IMG/VR virus record: IMGVR_UViG_2534682025_000001
Location: 20,615 to 84,614 of that record
Source: a virus
Lineage: Duplodnaviria; Caudoviricetes
DNA length: 64,000 nt
Reading direction: 5' to 3' (one strand)
Part shown: piece after piece, positions 16,972-27,000 of the stretch
Layout: the number at the start of each line of letters is the position of its first letter
How positions within the stretch are numbered: the stretch's first letter is position 1
Translations under genes and position numbers: made by a program
Notes under the pieces: generated by a model
What the model was told of the DNA's origin: nothing
Seen by the model: the letters and a program-made list of their open reading frames with translations, nothing else
Database searches by the model: none

Positions 16972-17871
16972 ATGAATAACTCTGAACTAAATAATCAAGT
17001 GGGTACAGTAATGCATAAAGATGCTTTCGTAATTGGTCAAACTTCTCTACAGGCAGCTGGTGACGTTTTACCTTTCGTGGTTACACCTGAAGGTGGCAGC
17101 GTTCACACCTTTGAAGAAACACTGGAACGCCCACTTCAACTTAAGCAAGCAACAATCTTGCATACAGCAAAAGACCTGATCGCTTACGTCACTCGTTTTG
17201 CAGACAGCGACTCAATGGTTTTTGTAGATGTACTGGGTGGGAAAATTCAAGCGGTACTGGACTTCCACCAAGCCGAAAAAGTTGCAGGTTATGGCGCTAA
17301 TGCTTATCAACGCCATTGCAAACACACTGCCCATTTCATTGTTAGTAAAACTCCAGAATTTGAAAAAGTTGTAGCGAACTCTGGCCGAAAAATGTCACAG
17401 ATGGATTTTGCATTATTCCTAGAAGATGTAATGCCGTATGTGAATCAGCCTGCTGCAGCTGAGCTTTATGAAATCGTGAATACTCTTCAGGCCAAAACCA
17501 ATATCGATTTCAAATCTGGTACTCGTACTGACAATGGCCAAGTGTCATTGACCTACAACGAAAACATTGAAGCCAGTGCCGGACGTCAAGGCAACTTGAA
17601 TATTCCTGAGCAGATTGTATTTGGTATTCAGGTACATCGTGGTGGTGAGCACTATGCCCTGCCTGCCCGTTTCCGCTACCGCATCAAGGATGGAAATATT
17701 GCCTTGTGGTACGACTTGGATCAGCTCGAAAAAGCGATTGAAAAGTCTATGGAAGATACCGTGACTTATATCCGCGAAGGCAAAACCGTTTTCAATAATG
17801 ATGATACTGAAACGGCGTTACCAGGTGTTCCATCATTTGTGACGATCCTTGAAGGCTCTGCAAATATCTAA
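16972..17871 (+). CDS. DUF2303 (YfdQ-like) family protein
   Basis: AVLDFH, MSQMDFALFLED, DNGQV, LPARFRYRI. Confidence 0.85.
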   Translation: MNNSELNNQVGTVMHKDAFVIGQTSLQAAGDVLPFVVTPEGGSVHTFEETLERPLQLKQATILHTAKDLIAYVTRFADSDSMVFVDVLGGKIQAVLDFHQAEKVAGYGANAYQRHCKHTAHFIVSKTPEFEKVVANSGRKMSQMDFALFLEDVMPYVNQPAAAELYEIVNTLQAKTNIDFKSGTRTDNGQVSLTYNENIEASAGRQGNLNIPEQIVFGIQVHRGGEHYALPARFRYRIKDGNIALWYDLDQLEKAIEKSMEDTVTYIREGKTVFNNDDTETALPGVPSFVTILEGSANI

Positions 17872-17923
17872 CCATTAGACCGGATGGCCATGCACTGCGC
17901 ATGGTCATTTAAAGGATAGTGAA

Positions 17924-18220
17924 ATGAATTACCCACCCATTGAACCCAAAGGCACCAAGAAAATTCATTTTAGCTTGGCTGCACCTTTTGAAAACTGGCT
18001 ATTGAATGACGGGTATCAACCAAAACTGGTCAAGCATGCAGCCTTGGTTCGATACAGCAAATCAAATAAACCTACGCTGGAAATTGATAGTACTGGAAAG
18101 ATGAGCGAAGCCACCCAAAAGCGCTATGCCATTTTTCTTAAGCAGTATTTGAAGGTTGGTAAGCCCTTACTGGCTTCTTTACGAGCTCAGGCACCGAAAG
18201 TATTAAGGATGGCAGCGTGA
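17924..18220 (+). CDS. Hypothetical early protein
   Basis: ORF with AGGA SD, overlaps next start. Confidence 0.7.
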   Translation: MNYPPIEPKGTKKIHFSLAAPFENWLLNDGYQPKLVKHAALVRYSKSNKPTLEIDSTGKMSEATQKRYAIFLKQYLKVGKPLLASLRAQAPKVLRMAA

Positions 18221-18873
18221 TGGATATTTCAGAAAAACAAGCTATATGGCGTGAACAAAAACCTTTATTTGAAGCTGAGTTCATTCACTCTCACCTTCTA
18301 CCGTTTTTCAACTTTAATGAAAATACGGGTGATTACGAAATCAAAAGTGAGTGTGTGAACAACACTGATGATGAGGATCGAAAGGTTGCTTATGAGACTT
18401 TAAATACCGGCTGGGTTATGTGGTTACGTGCAAAACGTGATGCCAAAGCCCAAGCGGTGCCGGAAGGTTTTGTACTGGTTAAGAAAGAGCTGCCTGAGCA
18501 GATTGCGGAAAAAATGGCGATCGATCGCATCGATAAGCCAAGACACGAGAATGATCCGGTTTGGAGTGAAATTGCGGAGCAATCATACAAGGATCAGGTT
18601 AAATCTAAAAATTGGGAATTTTGGCGTGATTACAAAGCCATGATCGAAGCACAGGAGCCAAAAATAACTGAATTAAAAATTGATTGGGGAATGGAGTGCC
18701 CTAAATGCAACCATAACGAAGCTACCATTCATTCCACAGCTAAAAAAGATAGTGGTTATGAATTCATGCATGGTGATGCTGTTACCTGCAATAAATGCGG
18801 AAACACAGGTGAAATGGACGCTCAAGGCGAAGACAGCGACATCGTTTGGAATGAGGATGAAACCAATGACTAA
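18217..18873 (+). CDS. Mosaic hypothetical protein with C-terminal zinc ribbon
   Basis: AKAQAVPEGFVL shared with 62441-62803; CPKC...CNKC. Confidence 0.7.
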   Translation: MMDISEKQAIWREQKPLFEAEFIHSHLLPFFNFNENTGDYEIKSECVNNTDDEDRKVAYETLNTGWVMWLRAKRDAKAQAVPEGFVLVKKELPEQIAEKMAIDRIDKPRHENDPVWSEIAEQSYKDQVKSKNWEFWRDYKAMIEAQEPKITELKIDWGMECPKCNHNEATIHSTAKKDSGYEFMHGDAVTCNKCGNTGEMDAQGEDSDIVWNEDETND

Positions 18874-19141
18874 TAAACCCATGCTGGTTATCAACCACAT
18901 CGAACCTGTCGGCTTGATTGCTGAAAGTGGATCAGAATTAGCGAAAGCGTTTAGCAACACCTATTTCAACCAAGCAGCAAATGAAATTTCTGATCAAAAT
19001 GAAGTTGAAGCATTGCACTTTATGGGCAGCGTAGCTGGTCATGCCTTATGTCAGATGTTTAGCCAGAACATTAATATTAAGGAACTTGATTCTGTTTTGG
19101 CTCAGATACGCAGCTATGTAATACAGGCACAAGGATCTTGA
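18866..19141 (+). CDS. Hypothetical early protein
   Basis: Start MTNKP overlapping previous stop. Confidence 0.65.
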   Translation: MTNKPMLVINHIEPVGLIAESGSELAKAFSNTYFNQAANEISDQNEVEALHFMGSVAGHALCQMFSQNINIKELDSVLAQIRSYVIQAQGS

Positions 19142-19142
19142 T

Positions 19143-19430
19143 ATGACTGAAATTCAACAAGCAAGAATTGCTGTGGCCAATTTCCTCATTGATGAACTTC
19201 ACAAGGACAAGCCTTTCAATCTGGTTCTAGACCGACAACAAGCTGATGTTTTCTTTTTGGCAGCAGAAGGATATCAGGGTGATTTACGACTATCTATAAC
19301 TCACAAATCTGGAATCACCACCATTCAAGTTGATAACGGTAATGCTGATGCAATTGATCGCATGCTTTCTATTTTCATCACAAAGCATGACCGGTTTGGA
19401 GTGGTACAAAGTTTAAAGGAGGTGTCTTGA
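19143..19430 (+). CDS. Hypothetical protein, homolog of 62796-63110
   Basis: MTEIQQ..IAVAN.IDELHKDKPFNLVLD shared. Confidence 0.75.
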   Translation: MTEIQQARIAVANFLIDELHKDKPFNLVLDRQQADVFFLAAEGYQGDLRLSITHKSGITTIQVDNGNADAIDRMLSIFITKHDRFGVVQSLKEVS

Positions 19431-19606
19431 TGGTTCTTACAATTTCGCAAACCTGTAAATTATTAAATATCGGACGCACTACGGTTTACAGAATGTTTGA
19501 GCGAGAGGAATTAGAAAAAATTGAAATAGGAAAATCAGTCCGGGTTAAGCTCCCGGACCATCTGGCCAAAGCATACGAAGATCAAATTAAAGCCCTTATG
19601 CATTAA
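19430..19606 (+). CDS. xis: Excisionase (HTH_17), 58 aa, not in ORF track
   Basis: LTISQTCKLLNIGRTTVYRM...IEIGKSVRV; convergent with the integrase. Confidence 0.8.
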   Translation: MVLTISQTCKLLNIGRTTVYRMFEREELEKIEIGKSVRVKLPDHLAKAYEDQIKALMH

Positions 19607-20834
19607 GGGCTTTTAGTTTTAATGAGTCCAGATAATCAGACCACGCCTGCATCATCACCTGTCTTTCTTCTAAATACTTAGTACGGTTATATGCCCGACC
19701 ATGCATATCCCTCACCTGGTGGCCCAGCTGCTGCTCAATACGTTCAATCGGAAATTTTAAAACTTCATCTAATAAGGTACGTGCTGTTGCACGGAAGCCG
19801 TGGCCTGTGGTTTCGCCATTTTCCCAGCCTAAATTTTTAAGTGCCTTATTTATTGAGCTATCAGACAACAATCTGGTTTTACCCCAGTAATTGGCAAAGC
19901 AGTATTCAGATCCACCGGTAATCATATGCAACTCTTTAAACATTGCAGTGACCTGATCAGAAAGCGGTATCACCAATTGAGTACCTAAAGCATTTGCGGT
20001 TTTGGACGGCGTGTAGGCCCAAGTCTTTTCATCAAAATTTATATCGGCCCACATTGCATGACGCAACTCACCAGGACGAACAAACACATGAGGTAAAATT
20101 CTAAGAGCATAAGCCATTACGATTGAGCCGCGATTTGTATAGTTATCAATTGCCACCAGTAATTCACCAAGCAAACTAGGATCGGTGACGGCAGCATGAT
20201 GTGTTTTTTTATGGGGCTTTAATAGCCCTTGAATATCCAGTGCCACATTTCGATCACAAAGACCAAGCACTAAACCGTATTTAAACACTTGCCCTGCTTT
20301 TGATCGCATACGTCTTGCTGTTTCAGACTTACCTTGTTTTTCATAAATCTGGCAAACGTCGAGCAACTGGCGGGCTGATATTTCATGAATTGGCTTTTTA
20401 CCAATAGCATCAAACAAATACTGATAAATAAATTCGTTTCTATGTCTTGTTGATTCAGCAACAACTTCAGTTTGCATAAATTCGCGTGCCACAGCTTCGA
20501 ATGTGTTTCGCATGGCAAAGCGGGCTTGTTCTTCCTGTTCTTTTCGATGGGCAAACGGATCTATATCTTGAGCAAGTAGCTCTTTATATTCTTCACGGAA
20601 CTTTCTGGCATCGGCCAAAGATAAATTTGGATATACACCTATACCAATTGTCGTTCTTTTTTTTGTAATAGGTCGAAAATAATCAAAACGCCAATATGTG
20701 CCGCCTTTTTTATCTAAAAGCAGAAATAAACCACCACCATCAGCCAGTTTTATTATCTTTTCTGGTGACTTTTTTTGCTTAGATATTGCAGATTTAATTT
20801 TTGCGTCTGTGAGACTTACAACTGTTCTAGCCAT
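19596..20834 (-). CDS. int: P4/IntA-type tyrosine integrase
   Basis: LADGGGLFL arm-binding domain, GVYPNLSLADAR, RPGELR, HGFRATA, QLGH, AYNR. Confidence 0.95.
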   Translation of the reverse strand: MARTVVSLTDAKIKSAISKQKKSPEKIIKLADGGGLFLLLDKKGGTYWRFDYFRPITKKRTTIGIGVYPNLSLADARKFREEYKELLAQDIDPFAHRKEQEEQARFAMRNTFEAVAREFMQTEVVAESTRHRNEFIYQYLFDAIGKKPIHEISARQLLDVCQIYEKQGKSETARRMRSKAGQVFKYGLVLGLCDRNVALDIQGLLKPHKKTHHAAVTDPSLLGELLVAIDNYTNRGSIVMAYALRILPHVFVRPGELRHAMWADINFDEKTWAYTPSKTANALGTQLVIPLSDQVTAMFKELHMITGGSEYCFANYWGKTRLLSDSSINKALKNLGWENGETTGHGFRATARTLLDEVLKFPIERIEQQLGHQVRDMHGRAYNRTKYLEERQVMMQAWSDYLDSLKLKALNA

Positions 20835-20836
20835 TT

Positions 20837-20921
20837 TTAGTAGTACATTTTAGAGTTAAATCCTGATGTACTACTAAAAGTACCACTAAAATAGCGGTAC
20901 ATAGTGGAACATCATGGAACA
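20837..20921. promoter_or_regulatory. Putative integrase arm-type sites of prophage 1
   Basis: GTACTACTAAAA/GTACCACTAAAA direct repeat, inverted TAGTAGTAC, and TGGAACA repeats between int and att. Confidence 0.5.
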
Positions 20922-21000
20922 AATGAATTAGTTCTGATTCTTTATAATACAGTATTTATAAGGCTTTGAGGGCAATTTGGAGTGATATGATACATGTAAG

Positions 21001-21016
21001 TGGTGCGCTCAGCGGG
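21001..21016 (-). repeat. att core: tRNA 3'-end fragment CCCGCTGAGCGCACCA (probably tRNA-Arg)
   Basis: T-stem 3' side, acceptor strand and CCA without the rest of the cloverleaf; lies between two integrases. Confidence 0.75.
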
Positions 21017-21034
21017 CACTTTCCGAAATTTGCT

Positions 21035-21174
21035 GTTTCCTTATTATTCCCTAGTTTTCCTTATTTTTTCTTTAATTTTATAGGTTTAAGTGTGGCTCAT
21101 TAATTCAATAGTTTAATGTTTCCTTATTATTCCCTATTATTCATTCTATATTGATTACGCCAAATTTACGCCAC
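21035..21174. promoter_or_regulatory. Putative arm-type/Xis sites of prophage 2
   Basis: GTTTCCTTATTATTCCC at 21035 and 21118 plus a partial copy; TTACGCCA tandem at 21155 and 21166. Confidence 0.55.
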
Positions 21175-21194
21175 GACATTTTGAGAGAGAATTT

Positions 21195-22181
21195 ATGGCC
21201 ACCTTTAGACAAAGGGGTGATGCTTGGCGAGTTGAGATTAGTGTGAATGGTACTCGGGAAAGTGCAACATTCGATACTAAGACTCAGGCTCGCGCATGGG
21301 CATCAAAACGTGAAACTGAATTAAGAGAGTTATCACGCGGAAAGCTTCCTGATTATACATTAAATTGTGCAATTGATAGATACATAGAAGAAGTGTGCCC
21401 AAAGCACAAAGGTTGTGATGCAGAGATTAAAAGATTCCGAGCATTTCAAAGGAACTTCCCAAAGATTGCCAAAAAACATATTGCCAAAATTACCACCGAT
21501 GATTTTGTGGTGTGGCGAGATACCAGACTAAAAACAGTCAAGCCGGCCTCGGTACGACGTGAGGGTAATATCCTGTCTGCCCTATTCACTGTTGCACGCA
21601 CAGAATGGAAGTGGGTCTATGATTCACCCATGAGTGACTTAAAGATGCCACCACCACCAGCACATCGAGATAGACGTATATCGGAGGATGAAATTTACAG
21701 GCTTTGTCTTGCTGCTGAATTTGATGATCAGGCGCCTGAGAATTTCACACAGCAAATTATGATTGCTTTCCTGTTGGCGATTGAAACTGCAATGCGTGCC
21801 GGTGAGATCCGTGGCCTGACTTGGGATCGAGTTTATTTAAAGAATAGATATGTGACTTTGAATGAAACCAAAAATGGTACGAAGCGACATGTGCCCTTAT
21901 CAAAGCGTGCTGTTGAATTGCTTGAGCTTATGAAAGGTGTCGGCAGTCATCAGGTTTTTACGGTGAAAGATTCGAGCTTTGATACACTTTGGAGGAAGTT
22001 GCGAGATAAGTGTGAAATTGAAGATTTGCATTTTCACGACTCAAGACATGAAGCATGCACACGGCTTGCTCAGAAATTGGAAGTATTAGATTTGGCGCGG
22101 ATGATCGGGCATAAGGATTTAAGAAGCCTGATGATTTATTACAATGCAACTGCATCAGAGATTGCAAATAGGTTGGATTAA
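21195..22181 (+). CDS. int: Tyrosine integrase (short, Rci/XerC-like clade)
   Basis: TAMRAGE, TKNG, FHDSRHEA, IGH, YY catalytic set. Confidence 0.93.
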   Translation: MATFRQRGDAWRVEISVNGTRESATFDTKTQARAWASKRETELRELSRGKLPDYTLNCAIDRYIEEVCPKHKGCDAEIKRFRAFQRNFPKIAKKHIAKITTDDFVVWRDTRLKTVKPASVRREGNILSALFTVARTEWKWVYDSPMSDLKMPPPPAHRDRRISEDEIYRLCLAAEFDDQAPENFTQQIMIAFLLAIETAMRAGEIRGLTWDRVYLKNRYVTLNETKNGTKRHVPLSKRAVELLELMKGVGSHQVFTVKDSSFDTLWRKLRDKCEIEDLHFHDSRHEACTRLAQKLEVLDLARMIGHKDLRSLMIYYNATASEIANRLD

Positions 22182-22297
22182 AATGAAAACATGGACCTAC
22201 TTTTACATAGAGCACACGATTAAGAACGGAGAGATTTTTAGGAAGGAGTCTGGGTGGGGGTTGAGGAATTATTTATTAAAGTAAAAAAACAAAGCCC

Positions 22298-23047
22298 TCA
22301 TTTGAGGGCATTATTATATTTAATTAGGATATTAGCCACAGCCTTAGCAGCCAGCCAGTAACGCGCATTGAATCGTGCAAGTTCATCTTCATTGGAAATA
22401 AAGCCAAGCTCTACAATCAAACCGCCAGCATTCACGTATGCCAGACGGCCACGCGCTGATTTACTTTGATCAATCCAACCGTTGTCACCACGTAATCGAC
22501 TACCCAATGCATCGGCTACAGCTTTAGATAAGTCCTGTGCAAGTTTCTTGTCTTTGGGTAATGCAATCGTTTCAATGCCATTTGCCTGTTTTGATGCTGC
22601 AGCATTCATGTGGAATTCGACTGCAACACTTGAGCCTTGAATCAATTTTACCGCAGCAGACAAAGGGTCGTTTTTGGTGCCAGTGCCATCGGTCTTGACT
22701 TGCAGCCCCGCTTCACGCAAATAATGAGTTACTGCATTGCGGAAATTAACCACCAGATCGGCTTCTTTCACTTTGCCATTGACTGCACCGGGGTCTGTAT
22801 TACTGTGCCCTGCTGTAACTGTGACAAAGCCTAAAGTCTGATTATGTAATTGTGGTTGTGCGATTTTACGACCTACCCAGCTTAGGGCTGGCAATACAGT
22901 ACCAATGATAAAAGGCGCATATTGTTCAGGGATAAAATTAAAGTCTAATGCCCACTGAATAACTAAAACTGCAAGCATTAAAAAAGCCCCCAGTAGTGGG
23001 AGCTTTACGGATAAGTACTGAAGTGCACTTTCTTGGATTAATTTCAT
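22298..23047 (-). CDS. N-acetylmuramoyl-L-alanine amidase (Amidase_3) endolysin with two-TM holin-like N-terminus
   Basis: AGH..DPGA...E, EFHMNA, IVELGFISN; first ~66 aa have two hydrophobic helices ending GRKIAQP. Confidence 0.88.
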   Translation of the reverse strand: MKLIQESALQYLSVKLPLLGAFLMLAVLVIQWALDFNFIPEQYAPFIIGTVLPALSWVGRKIAQPQLHNQTLGFVTVTAGHSNTDPGAVNGKVKEADLVVNFRNAVTHYLREAGLQVKTDGTGTKNDPLSAAVKLIQGSSVAVEFHMNAAASKQANGIETIALPKDKKLAQDLSKAVADALGSRLRGDNGWIDQSKSARGRLAYVNAGGLIVELGFISNEDELARFNARYWLAAKAVANILIKYNNALK

Positions 23048-23403
23048 TTTAAGGTTTCCTCAAGTCGAGTGACTTTCTCTTTCATTAGTGATTGTGTTTG
23101 ATTGATTTGAATGATTGATGCACCAACCCAAATACATGCGCCGAGAATCGAACCACCACAAAGGCCGAGCAAAACCCTTAAAACCCCAAGACCTCCATCC
23201 TGAGTTGCAGACTTGTTTTCAAGGCTTGATACTTTTAACTCAAGGGCATCAAGTTCTTTTTGGATTTTGGCAATTGCATTCTCATGGTGTTCGTTAATAA
23301 AGGTTTGGCGTGCAACATGTTCCAGGATCAATCGAATGTCTTTATGAATGGAATCAATTTTCCCCTCCCATCCATTATTGTTGTACGGCCTATTTTCAGG
23401 CAT
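23044..23403 (-). CDS. Lysis-cassette membrane protein (coiled coil + one TM)
   Basis: Directly upstream of endolysin with ATGA overlap. Confidence 0.65.
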   Translation of the reverse strand: MPENRPYNNNGWEGKIDSIHKDIRLILEHVARQTFINEHHENAIAKIQKELDALELKVSSLENKSATQDGGLGVLRVLLGLCGGSILGACIWVGASIIQINQTQSLMKEKVTRLEETLK

Positions 23404-23511
23404 ACATCCCCCCTATAAAATTGGCATTAAAAAAGAGCCTTTCGGCTCTGGTGGTGGATCATTTGACATTGTGCCCCCTAAATTTTGGTAATAAAAAAGC
23501 ACCCGAAGGTG

Positions 23512-24057
23512 CTAGAGATTGATTTCTTCTACTTGCTCTTTAGTTTCAGCTTCAAAGATTAACTGTCTAGCAATGCGCCCTTTTTCGTGAACGCTTGCGA
23601 TATGGGCTTGTAGTGCTGCATAGAGTTGCTGCAACTGTGATGCGCTTAACTCGGCTGTTGTGTTGTCCGCTAGAGTCCATACTTGATCTATGCTCGCAGC
23701 AGCCGCGCCCATAATGCGACCTTGAGAAACCTGATCTGAATCATAAGTACTCCCATCGAACTCAAAGCCGCCGAACTCAAGTTGATCGCGCTGTGATTTA
23801 ATCTCGGCCCATTTCTGGGCTTTGATTTCATCAAGGGTGCGCGGATCAATCCATTGTTTGATAATGTAGTCAAACATGTGGTTAGAAGAAGGTGCTGGTG
23901 GTGGTGTAATCCAGCCGCGCTCTATGTCAAAGTAATCAAGATTTGTGCTCGGCGGCATCTCTACTAACAGGTCTTCTGTGACATATTTAACTGAGTTTGA
24001 GGTATTTATTTCACCAACAAACCTCCCGGTGTCCTTACATACAATGTAAAACTTCAT
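23512..24057 (-). CDS. DUF4376 tail fibre-associated protein
   Basis: IKSQRDQLEFGGF, YDSDQVSQGRI, WTLADN. Confidence 0.8.
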   Translation of the reverse strand: MKFYIVCKDTGRFVGEINTSNSVKYVTEDLLVEMPPSTNLDYFDIERGWITPPPAPSSNHMFDYIIKQWIDPRTLDEIKAQKWAEIKSQRDQLEFGGFEFDGSTYDSDQVSQGRIMGAAAASIDQVWTLADNTTAELSASQLQQLYAALQAHIASVHEKGRIARQLIFEAETKEQVEEINL

Positions 24058-27000
24058 CGCTTGACGCTCGTTACGGTCATTAATACATTATTCCCACGGA
24101 ATTGACGCATATTATCCATCGCTTCATTCCCACCTGTTGTTAGTTTGCAGAACCTTAATGTCACAACTGTGCCATTCGGAACCCCCTTTAATATCCAACG
24201 AAGTGAAAGCCCATTTATAACGTAGCTCTGTATAAAACCATTTGAGTGCCAGGCTTCCTTGCTATCCATCACAGCTGCCACCACCTGCACCTGCGTCCCG
24301 GCGACAACCGCAACATAAACCCTTTTTTCAAAATTACTCCCTGCATCCCGTGTATCGTAATAAAGCATGGATGCCGTAAGGTCAACTTGAACACCACCAC
24401 CTTCAGGATTAACAACAAAGCTACCGATAGGATTGCCAAACAGGTAGCCTTGCCCACTAGCCGAGTAATCTGGCATCAAGGCTTTCAATTGAGCCCCAAC
24501 ATCCGAGTTCACTTCAAAAGCTCTACCGCTTTGGAAATTAGCATAAACTACATTACTAATCGCTGTTACGGCCTCCCCGTCAATCTTTAATGTCTTGACC
24601 TGCGCATCACCAATCTTGGCAGCTGTTACGGCCAAATTATCAATATTGGCAGTTTTTACTGCTAAGTTATCAATCTTCGCTGTCTTAACCGCCAAATCCT
24701 CAATATGCGAAGTTTTGACAGACTGATAGTCCATCATTGCTGATTTTAAGTAAGCGGACACAGGAAACACTGTGCCTGTCACCGGATCAGTAAATGGCGT
24801 ATTGCGGAAGATGAATGGGTAATAACCAGTGCTATTCCCTGAACCAATCGCGAAAGAATCAAAGTTCAGAATGAAATTCGATTCCTTGCCATCATTCGCC
24901 CCGCCCCAGCCTGCGACTTTTCCATTCACGTCGAGCTTGATGTACTTCTGCGCATACAAACCATTAACCGACTCACTAACCTCCTGAATTGATGCGGTGT
25001 TTTGACCTACAGTGGTTTGAATGGTGCCAACTTGTGTTGCTGTAGCCCCCTGCTGTGTAGTCAAAGTATTAACTTGGTTTTGCACTGTCGCGATGTTTTG
25101 CGTTGCAGTGTTAGCCTTGCCGAGTGCATCATTTGCTGTGGCCTGAGCTGCGTTGGCTACAGCCTTGGCGGCGGCTTCGGCAGCATCCGCTTTATTTTTG
25201 GCGTCTAGCGCTGCTGCTGCTTTTGCTGCTGACTCAGCTGCATTGGCTTTAGCGGTTGCATCACTTGAAGCTGATGCCTTTGCTGCATCCGCCTCGGCTT
25301 TTGCCTTCGCTTCTGCATAAGTTTTTGCTGCCGCCTCCGCTGCTGCTGATTTAGATTGCGCATCTAAAATAGCTTGATCTGCCGTTGATTGGGCTATTTG
25401 TGTTGATGCCTGAACAGTATCCACACGTGATGACAAGGCAGAATCCGCGTCAGCTAAAACACTCATTTCTGAGCGAATAGCTGCTAGATTCTGTTGCAGA
25501 TCATTACCCACTTGAGCTTGCAGGGTATCAACCCGATGCCCCAGTGCGGAATCCGCATTAGCCCGAGCAATAGTTTCAGCCTGAATGAGCGCTGTATTAT
25601 CTCCAATCTGTGCAACCGTTGTATCAATACGCTGACTCAAAGCCATATCACCTTCAATCAATGCTGATTGCAAAGTCCATGTACCTGCAAAACCTTCAGT
25701 TGAGCCAATCAGGTCTTCAGTTGAGCCAATTAACTTCGGGTTAACCTGTGCATATACACCATCAATTTTGATTGTATTGGCACTGATTTTTCCTTCATGT
25801 TCAGCCACTTTTGCATCGGTTTGAGACAATGCGCCAGTACTAGCCTTATCACCTAACTCTAATGTAATAGCATCAAGTCGTGTTGCATTTGCCCCTGATT
25901 GAGTTGCAGCAACATTCGCAGTAGATAAAGCAGTTGCAGCGGTTTGATTTGCTGTATCTGCTGTATCGGCTGCCTGATTTGCAATTGCACTGGCTTGGCT
26001 TGCAAGACTTGCTGCTGATCCAGCCTGAGTCGTTGCGGTTTCAGCCTTGGTTAATGCGGTAGCTGCATTGGTTTTGGCGGTATTTGCATTGCCTTCTGCC
26101 GTAGTTACACGACTATCCAGCGCTTGCACTGCTTGCGTATTTGCAGATGTTGCGGTTACGGCACTTTCGGCAGTTTGTCGCACATTTGCTAAAGCTGTGT
26201 CATTAATAGATCGATAATCCGTTAATGCTTGAGCATTTGCCGTATCACCATCAGCTCGTGCTTCTGATTCCGAGATAATGTTCGCTTCATTGTCACCAAC
26301 ACGCGCATTCATACCAGAAATATCACTAGCTAAAGCTTGATCAGTATCTGCAAGTGTCTGCAACTTTTGATTAATCGATGCTGTATTTCCGCTAAATTCA
26401 ACATTTAATGAATCAATGCGTTCAGACAATGCATCATCTGCACTTACACGAGCTGTCTGTTCAGTTAAAATATTTGCAGCATTATTATTTACTGATACAG
26501 TCAATAGATCTGTGCGCTGCGCTTGAAATAAATCACCTTCTTGCACTGCGGACAGAATCGACCATGCCCCCGCATTTCCAGATTCACTACCAATTAAATC
26601 ATCAGTAGAGCCGATCATATCTGGATTTGTGATGACTTCAACACCAGTGACACGCTCGGCCAATACTCTATCAGCATCAACTCGAGCATTACTTTCATCA
26701 ACAACCATGGCTCGAAGGTCTTGATTACTCTGGTTCGATTCGGCACGAACTGTTTCAATTAGTGATGCATTTGCAGAATCGGCATCAGCTCGAGCAATTG
26801 CCTCTTGATTAATTGCAGCAGTGTTTTCATCAACTTCAGCCAAGACTGAATCAATCCTATGGCTGATCGCGGAATCAGCGCTTGCTCTCGCTTCCGCTTC
26901 TTGCTGAATCGCTGCTGCATTATTTCCTAAACTTGCACTTACAGTATCAATGCGACTGCTTAAATTGCTATCAGCAGAAATACGCTCATTCTTTTCGGTT

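Larger units (their letters stand above)
1..21016. mobile_element. Prophage 1 (HK97-like head, lambdoid regulation, P4-type integrase), left part outside window
   Basis: Contiguous capsid-protease-portal-terminase, Q, replication, cI/cro, early genes, xis and integrase ending at a tRNA 3' fragment. Confidence 0.95.

Noticed and set aside
21195-24057. Rci-like recombinase as a tail-fibre shufflon invertase
   Set aside because: No inverted fibre cassettes or sfx-like repeats seen; gene sits beside att and arm sites
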